Shown: positions 1 to 5,897 of the stretch, piece after piece
Layout: every line of letters begins with the position of its first letter
Position numbering within the stretch: position 1 is the first letter of the stretch
Assembly: GCA_964472025.1 (NCBI GenBank)
Contig: CAYYIN010000001.1
Location: 2,423-28,957, forward strand
Reading direction: 5' to 3'
DNA from: Candidatus Woesearchaeota archaeon
GTDB lineage: Archaea; Nanobdellota; Nanobdellia; Pacearchaeales; GW2011-AR1
DNA: 26,535 nt
The notes under the pieces: generated by a model
Told to the model about the DNA's origin: nothing
Seen by the model: only the letters and a program-made list of their open reading frames with translations
The model's database searches: none
Made by a program: the position numbers and the translations under genes

Positions 1-57
1 TTTTAATGACAATATTCTTTATAAAACTTCACATAATTTTTTAAAATTAAATTAAAA

Positions 58-3000
58 TTAAATTAATGTGTAAGCTTTAATAATTATTTTTCCTCCTTTA
101 TTTTCAAAATTATCTTTGCATTGTATGTAGTAGGTTTTTAATTTCCATTCTGTGAAGTGTGTATGTTTATTATCTTGATTCTGCATTAAATTTGAATCTT
201 CATAAACAAAATCTTCATCAAAACTGTATCTACATTCTGCTGCTTCATTAGTTTTTATTTCTAGGTTATTACCCCCGGTATTATAATAAGCTCTTACTAT
301 TTTTGGACCTTGATTGTCAATCTTTACTTTAAAAGATGTTGAATTTTCTGCTAAATTTCCTGCAATATCTTTGCATGTAAAATTTAATTTATAACTTCCC
401 TGAATTACATTTGTAGCCTTATAGGAATGAAAATTAGAATTTGTTTCTGTAAATTGATCCATATATCCATTTCCTTGCCAATTACATATGGCTTTTCCGT
501 TTTCTGCTCCACCAGCAGTTTCTAATCTTAATGTTAAAGTCATTGGTTCTACACCAGAAGTAATTTCAGAGTTATTTTGAGGAAGAATATTTTTTATTAT
601 TAATTCAGAAGATGAAGATAATAATTCATATTCAAAACTTTGTTGCATAGAATTCCTTGAATCATTGTTTTCTCCTAACCAAGGTTGATCTCTGCACCGT
701 ATATAAAAAATATTATGATTTTTTAAATCTGTTAAAATAGTTTTACAAGGCCAACCATATAATGTAGCATCTATTAAATCATTTTGACAAAGCAGATAGT
801 TTTCCATTTCATTATAAATTTTATCATCGAAAGACCAACTACAATTTGCAGGCTCATTAGAATAAATTGTTAAATTTTGTTCTGTTTGATTATATTTAAT
901 AAATGAATTTGTTAAAGGAATTGTTTTTGTAATTCTTGGAGGTATTAAATCTGCTCCAGGATTTACACAACTTTGTATAACATAAGGGATAAGATTTTCT
1001 GCACCACCTGCACCTTTGCATTTCACAAAATATTCTATTTTTCCTAAATCTTGTATTTGTTCTGCACTTAAATTATATTGATTCGCAAAAGCATTTATGT
1101 TTGGCATTAAAATTTCTAAACTATGATTCATTAAGTATAAATTATTATCTCCAAAATAAATACTAGAATCACTATATTGTTGGGTTGAATTATCCATTAT
1201 TTTACATTGTGAAGGTTTGTTTGTTTTAATTCCAAATTTTACTCTTGTGTATTCTTCAATACAATTTCCATTTGAATCTTTAATACTAAATCCCTTAGCA
1301 AAATTATCATGATTTGTATCTACATATTTATAGCCTTCACTAATTTCTCCAAGCCAAGGACTTATTTTTGGAGATGAAGTATCACTAGAAGGGATATTTG
1401 CGCATATTTCATTAGAAGTGCCTTTATTAATAAATTGGCAAGTTTGACCTAAAGATTGGCATCTATATTCTGTACAAGGATTCATAAGATTGTTATTACA
1501 GAATTCACAATTCTCTCCTCCTGAAGGTGCTTGCCAAGCAAGACATTTAAACTGAACAGTTTTTTCTCTTGTGTCCCCTATTCCAAATATTTCACAGAAA
1601 GCCCAAATAACTACTGCTACTGCTACTGCAATCAGAAGTGAAGATAAAAAGGGAATTACTGTAATTTCCAAAGATGATAAAATCCCCAATGTTGTTCCTG
1701 TTAAAATTTCGCCAACAAGCATAATATCTGCAGCTTGTCCTTGTAATCCAAAAATTGCAATAAATATTTCTGCAACTGCTACTGCAGCACCAAGTGTTAA
1801 AATTGCAGTTCCAAAAGCTGCTATACCGGCTCCCAGTCCTGTTGCCCCTTCTCCAACCGCCCCGGTAATCAAAGCGAAGGGGTTTGTTACTCCAAACATT
1901 GCAGCCCCTACGACATTTGCCAAAAGTCCAACAGCCCCGGCACCTAAGCCAATATTTGCAATTAAATTTGAATTATTATTTAATACTCCTGCTTGTCCTA
2001 AATCTTCAGGAATTCCTAAACCGCCTAAAATGCCTGTGAAATTTCCAGGCTCTGCAGGTTTTTGATTTGGATTGTTATTTGAATATTTTTTTAAATTATT
2101 TAAATAATTACTATCTAATTTTGGAGCATTTCTAACAGAGTATCCATCATCACTAATTTCTCCAGCAAAATTAACATAAGCACCACAATCTCCAAGGGTT
2201 GTGCAGAGGTCATTCATTTTTTCTGTAAATTCTTTACTTTTGCAATCACAATTTTTTTCGCACACCCATTTAAGTGCCCAATTGACCAATTTCTTTTGTT
2301 CAAGATAAGTACAATTCACAGAGCTAAAATCACAGGTTTGGGTATTTCCTCCAGGATATTGAGGAACACAAAAATCAAATTTAAAGTCATCATCAATATT
2401 TGTAGATTTAATAAAACAATCTGGATTTTCTTCACATTTTTTAGCCATATCTTCCTCATCTATATTATATTCAAAACATTCTCTCCACTGATTTACTTTA
2501 CAACCTGCTTCTGTAAATGTTTCTCCATTATCAAGTTCAAGAGTATTTTGAACACAAATCTGATTTCTATAATCATCACAAGCCTCAATTATTTCTTCAC
2601 CATAATAACAAATATGCCTTATTTGTCTGCTTCCAACAATATCTTTTCCTTGCCCAATTGTTCCCTCATATTCACACCAAGATTCCCCATTTTTTCTAGG
2701 AATCCCTTTAGAATCAATACAACTTAAGTCTCTGCAAACATAATCCCCTTGTGTTGGAGCAGCATCTATTCCTGGCCTATATTGCCCACAAATAGTTCCG
2801 AAAAAAACATTACATTCTTTATAAATTTCTTCAGGATTATCACAAGAATCAAACCAATAAATTTCTTGTTTTTCGCTTAAACAATTAGTATAGCTTTGGG
2901 GGGCACAATTAGTATTTAATTGAGAATCTGAACAAAAAGTATTTTCATAAAAATCACCTGCATCCCCGGTTCTTATAATGCAATCCCCCTTATTTGTGAA

Positions 3001-3609
3001 AATACAAGTGTTTTCACCATTACTTTCAAAAACACAAGCGCCTTGATTTTCATTTTCAGTTAAAAGAATACATTCTGCCTCAGAATTTATATTTGTTCTA
3101 AAATCTACAGGGGCTCCAAGAAATCCAGACTCTATATTGCAATTTTCTTCGTTTGTCCAATGGGCATTGTTTCCTAATACACAACAACCCCTTTCACATT
3201 GAGTAATTGCACAAGATTCATCATTAAACCAATCCCCTTCTTCACATAAACTCTTAGGGGTTCTTTTATTACAAAATCCAATTTCAGAATCAATACAACA
3301 ACCAAGTTTACAAAATTCTGTATTTTCACATTGTGTTGGAGACTTTTGAAAATTTAAATCACATTGTTCTTCAGGAAGGTATTGGCAGAAACTTCCATCA
3401 TTTGTTTTTTCACAACAAGCATAATTTTCTAAAGGGTCTTCTGCACTAACAATCTTTATTGAAGAAGAAACTAAATAAGAAAATGCAAAAATACTTATTA
3501 ATAAAATAATTATTTCTAAAAAACTAATTCTTGCTTTTAGTTTAATTTGCTTTCTTTTATTAATTTCTATTTTTTTATAGAGCTTCTCTTGTTTTTTTTC
3601 TATTTTCAT
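58..3609 (-). CDS. Large (1183 aa) exported cysteine-rich membrane/surface protein with an internal Gly/Ala-rich hydrophobic block and C-terminal Ig-like repeats; function unknown
   Basis: Uninterrupted ORF. Basic N-terminus, hydrophobic helix (aa ~28-47) and VSA|E signal-peptidase-like site (aa 54-57). Dense Cys including CC pairs in aa 65-475 and 689-737. Hydrophobic stretch aa ~524-678. Three repeats of I[KY][TS]N[KE][PA][SA]xC (aa 794, 915, 1118). Confidence 0.85.
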   Translation of the reverse strand: MKIEKKQEKLYKKIEINKRKQIKLKARISFLEIIILLISIFAFSYLVSSSIKIVSAEDPLENYACCEKTNDGSFCQYLPEEQCDLNFQKSPTQCENTEFCKLGCCIDSEIGFCNKRTPKSLCEEGDWFNDESCAITQCERGCCVLGNNAHWTNEENCNIESGFLGAPVDFRTNINSEAECILLTENENQGACVFESNGENTCIFTNKGDCIIRTGDAGDFYENTFCSDSQLNTNCAPQSYTNCLSEKQEIYWFDSCDNPEEIYKECNVFFGTICGQYRPGIDAAPTQGDYVCRDLSCIDSKGIPRKNGESWCEYEGTIGQGKDIVGSRQIRHICYYGEEIIEACDDYRNQICVQNTLELDNGETFTEAGCKVNQWRECFEYNIDEEDMAKKCEENPDCFIKSTNIDDDFKFDFCVPQYPGGNTQTCDFSSVNCTYLEQKKLVNWALKWVCEKNCDCKSKEFTEKMNDLCTTLGDCGAYVNFAGEISDDGYSVRNAPKLDSNYLNNLKKYSNNNPNQKPAEPGNFTGILGGLGIPEDLGQAGVLNNNSNLIANIGLGAGAVGLLANVVGAAMFGVTNPFALITGAVGEGATGLGAGIAAFGTAILTLGAAVAVAEIFIAIFGLQGQAADIMLVGEILTGTTLGILSSLEITVIPFLSSLLIAVAVAVVIWAFCEIFGIGDTREKTVQFKCLAWQAPSGGENCEFCNNNLMNPCTEYRCQSLGQTCQFINKGTSNEICANIPSSDTSSPKISPWLGEISEGYKYVDTNHDNFAKGFSIKDSNGNCIEEYTRVKFGIKTNKPSQCKIMDNSTQQYSDSSIYFGDNNLYLMNHSLEILMPNINAFANQYNLSAEQIQDLGKIEYFVKCKGAGGAENLIPYVIQSCVNPGADLIPPRITKTIPLTNSFIKYNQTEQNLTIYSNEPANCSWSFDDKIYNEMENYLLCQNDLIDATLYGWPCKTILTDLKNHNIFYIRCRDQPWLGENNDSRNSMQQSFEYELLSSSSELIIKNILPQNNSEITSGVEPMTLTLRLETAGGAENGKAICNWQGNGYMDQFTETNSNFHSYKATNVIQGSYKLNFTCKDIAGNLAENSTSFKVKIDNQGPKIVRAYYNTGGNNLEIKTNEAAECRYSFDEDFVYEDSNLMQNQDNKHTHFTEWKLKTYYIQCKDNFENKGGKIIIKAYTLI

Positions 3610-3659
3610 TATTTTATTGAACCCTTAATTTTTTTAGTTTTCTTTTAAGATTTTAAGAT

Positions 3660-4439
3660 TTAAAAAAATCCTGGGGGCAAAACACACCCCCTTACAGCAA
3701 ACATAAATTTTTTATTTGAAATCCTCTCGGTGATTGTATAAATCATGTTTGAATCACCAGTCCTAAATTTATTAATATTATATTCTGGATAAAAAAGCAT
3801 AAAGCCAAGAATTTCAAAATTACAATATTGTGCTTCCTGATTTGTAATCTCTAATGCAATTTTTGCTAAATCATAAATTGGATGAATCAAATCTACTTTA
3901 AATTTTTTGAATTCTCTAGAGCTTTTTTCATTTTTTATTATTATTTTTCTATTAACTTCCCCAAGAATATGATTTGGTCTAAGATTTATATTGACTTGCA
4001 TTTCATTTGAATTTTGAATTTCAATTTCGTATTTACCCTCGAGTTCAGATTTTAAATTATCAAAGCAATTGTTTATTATAGGAAAGATGTATTCTTTTAT
4101 TTCTTTTTCAATATGGCTTATTAAATGGGGTCTTTGATTTATACAGGGTGTATAATATCTATTAGCATAGCATAAATAACTTACATTTTTATCTTGATAC
4201 ATTACACTATTTCCTGGAAAAATATCACCACCTTGTTCACTTAAAATTTCTAAAGATTCTTCAATTGAATCTTTAATACAAGATTCAATATATGTTTGAG
4301 GATTTTTTTCATTAATAATAATTGGTGCTTTAGGTTTATTTAAGACAAAGATTATTGCAATACTTACAATTAAAGCAAGAGCCAGGATTACAAAGATAGT
4401 TACTTGCGCTCTTTTATTTTTTATTCTTTTTATTATCAT
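3660..4439 (-). CDS. Pilin-like protein with a class III (type IV prepilin-like) signal peptide, 259 aa
   Basis: N-terminus MIIKRIKNKRA|QVTIFVILALALIVSIAIIFVL: basic leader, RA|Q processing site, then an uninterrupted hydrophobic helix. A few Cys in the mature part. Confidence 0.7.
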   Translation of the reverse strand: MIIKRIKNKRAQVTIFVILALALIVSIAIIFVLNKPKAPIIINEKNPQTYIESCIKDSIEESLEILSEQGGDIFPGNSVMYQDKNVSYLCYANRYYTPCINQRPHLISHIEKEIKEYIFPIINNCFDNLKSELEGKYEIEIQNSNEMQVNINLRPNHILGEVNRKIIIKNEKSSREFKKFKVDLIHPIYDLAKIALEITNQEAQYCNFEILGFMLFYPEYNINKFRTGDSNMIYTITERISNKKFMFAVRGCVLPPGFF

Positions 4440-4496
4440 TTTTTATTGCATCTTTTTATTATCATTTTTTATTGCATCTTTTTATTATCATTTTTT
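4425..4496. repeat. Perfect 26-nt tandem repeat (~2.8 copies) spanning the start codon of the pilin-like gene
   Basis: Unit TCTTTTTATTATCATTTTTTATTGCA at 4425-4450 and 4451-4476, plus a 20-nt partial copy at 4477-4496. No spacers. Confidence 0.95.
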
Positions 4497-4538
4497 CTTT
4501 TTATTATTTTTCTCACTATTTTTTGTTATTCCTATTTG

Positions 4539-4733
4539 TTATTCTTCATTTAGCATCCATAAATTTACTTTTAATTTTTTTATCCTAAGAATTCTCCTTT
4601 CTAATGCAAGATCCATTAAATAAGATTGAGCAGTATTCCAACTAATTTTCAAAAATTCTGAGAGTTCAGAAGTAATGATAACTTTATTTTTTTGAATGAA
4701 TTTTACTATTTTATTTTTTTGTTGATTATCCAT
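4539..4733 (-). CDS. Small winged helix-turn-helix DNA-binding protein (64 aa)
   Basis: IITSELSEFLKISWNTAQSYLMDLALERRILRIKK..VNLW has the HTH-plus-wing pattern. TATA box 21-28 nt upstream of the ATG. Confidence 0.75.
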   Translation of the reverse strand: MDNQQKNKIVKFIQKNKVIITSELSEFLKISWNTAQSYLMDLALERRILRIKKLKVNLWMLNEE

Positions 4734-4753
4734 TTTTTGTTGATGATTTATTT

Positions 4754-4778
4754 TTTATAAATTGCCCTTTTGGGTAAT
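4754..4778 (-). promoter_or_regulatory. TATA box (TTTATAAA, 4754-4761) with an abutting imperfect palindrome ATTGCCC-TTTT-GGGTAAT (4761-4778) at the BRE position of the wHTH gene
   Basis: Read directly from the sequence. Spacing to the ATG equals that seen for PCNA and primase. Confidence 0.55.
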
Positions 4779-4808
4779 GTTCAATCCTTATAACCTACAT
4801 AACATTAA

Positions 4809-4850
4809 GCATATCAATATGCCTATGAATAGCCATAGTTCTTTATAAAG
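4809..4850 (-). promoter_or_regulatory. Second candidate promoter (CTTTATAAAG, 4841-4850) followed by inverted repeats CTATG-N6-CATAG (4823-4838) and GCATAT-CA-ATATGC (4809-4822)
   Basis: Inverted repeats read directly. Regulatory role is inferred from position. Confidence 0.4.
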
Positions 4851-4977
4851 TTTTTGCAAATTTAAGTTTAAGAAAAATTTTAAGCATAAAGATTTAGCCA
4901 GTTAATTTATCAATTTTTAAAGAAGAGGAATTTTATAAAAACTTATAGAATTGTTTTTAATCTCGCCAAGTTATTTT

Positions 4978-5709
4978 TTAATCTTCAGTTTCGACTCTTG
5001 GAGCAAGAATAAAGCTAAGTTCAATAAAGGGGGTATTAAACTCTAATTTTAGAGGATAATCAGCCCCAAAATTTATTTTTATTTTATCAGTAATTTTTGT
5101 AGCTTTAATCATTTTCTGAAGATATTCCAAAGAATATTTTGAGATTGCTTTTTGAGATTCAATATTTAATTCATCAGAAGAAAATTCTGATTTAAATGAA
5201 TTTAAAGACCCCTTAGCCTTTATCAGAAATTTATTTGGTTCTGCAATAAATGAGCAGGAATCTGCAACAACCATACAATCTTCAATAGATTCTGCGAAAT
5301 CTACAGAAGCCATTTCAATTTTAGAAGTAAATTCAAGATTTGGAAGTTCTTTTTCTTCACTTTCAATATCTATTAAAGCTAAGTTAAATTCTTTTTTTAT
5401 TCTATCTACTATCTCTAATCTTAATTCATTTTCCTGTTTGGTTATTATTAAAACGCTTCTTATATGAATTCTTCTTAATACAGATTTTAAACTATCTAAA
5501 CTAATTCCTAAAATTTCTTCTTTTTCAATTTCTAATTCTGAAAAAGCACTAGCAGGTAATTTAAAAGAAACCATTGCAACATTTGCAGGATCAATAGCAA
5601 TCAAAGTCATCCCCTGATTATTAACTTTTATTCTAACTTCATTAACTAATTCAGAGATTATACTAATAATATCTGAAAAAATTTTTGGATGTTCTAATTT
5701 TAATAGCAT
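4978..5709 (-). CDS. pcn: DNA polymerase sliding clamp (PCNA)
   Basis: AIDPANVAMV, GISLDSLKSVL, YSLEYL, DYPLKLEF and ILAPRVE motifs; 243 aa. Confidence 0.97.
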   Translation of the reverse strand: MLLKLEHPKIFSDIISIISELVNEVRIKVNNQGMTLIAIDPANVAMVSFKLPASAFSELEIEKEEILGISLDSLKSVLRRIHIRSVLIITKQENELRLEIVDRIKKEFNLALIDIESEEKELPNLEFTSKIEMASVDFAESIEDCMVVADSCSFIAEPNKFLIKAKGSLNSFKSEFSSDELNIESQKAISKYSLEYLQKMIKATKITDKIKINFGADYPLKLEFNTPFIELSFILAPRVETED

Positions 5710-5729
5710 TTAGTAGTATTTTAATTTAA

Positions 5730-5737
5730 TTTATAAA
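5730..5737 (-). promoter_or_regulatory. TATA box of PCNA (TTTATAAA)
   Basis: Lies 21-28 nt upstream of the ATG at 5709. Confidence 0.55.
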
Positions 5738-5869
5738 TTTCTAGACAATTCTTTTAACAGGGCTATTTTACTTTTAAACATTATTATATTAAATAATAAG
5801 GAATTATATAAAGCTAAAGTCTTAATTTTATTTATAAGTTAATTTTAATCACTAAGAAGAACTAAAGAA

Positions 5870-5877
5870 TTTAATAC
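5870..5877 (+). promoter_or_regulatory. TATA box of the primase (TTTAATAC, preceded by purine-rich AAAGAA)
   Basis: Lies 21-28 nt upstream of the ATG at 5898. Confidence 0.5.
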
Positions 5878-5897
5878 TTTAGAATATTTTAAAAAAT

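Noticed and set aside
1571-2065. 164-aa plus-strand ORF (Ala/Pro/Thr-rich)
   Set aside because: Antisense shadow of the Gly/Ala-rich hydrophobic block of the 1183-aa gene; small-residue codons lack stops on the opposite strand.
2296-2727. Plus-strand ORFs 2296-2727 and 2517-2699
   Set aside because: Fully antisense to the 1183-aa gene, with no motifs.
4425-4496. Possible CRISPR array
   Set aside because: Units abut with no spacers, have no dyad symmetry, and no cas genes are present; this is a tandem duplication.
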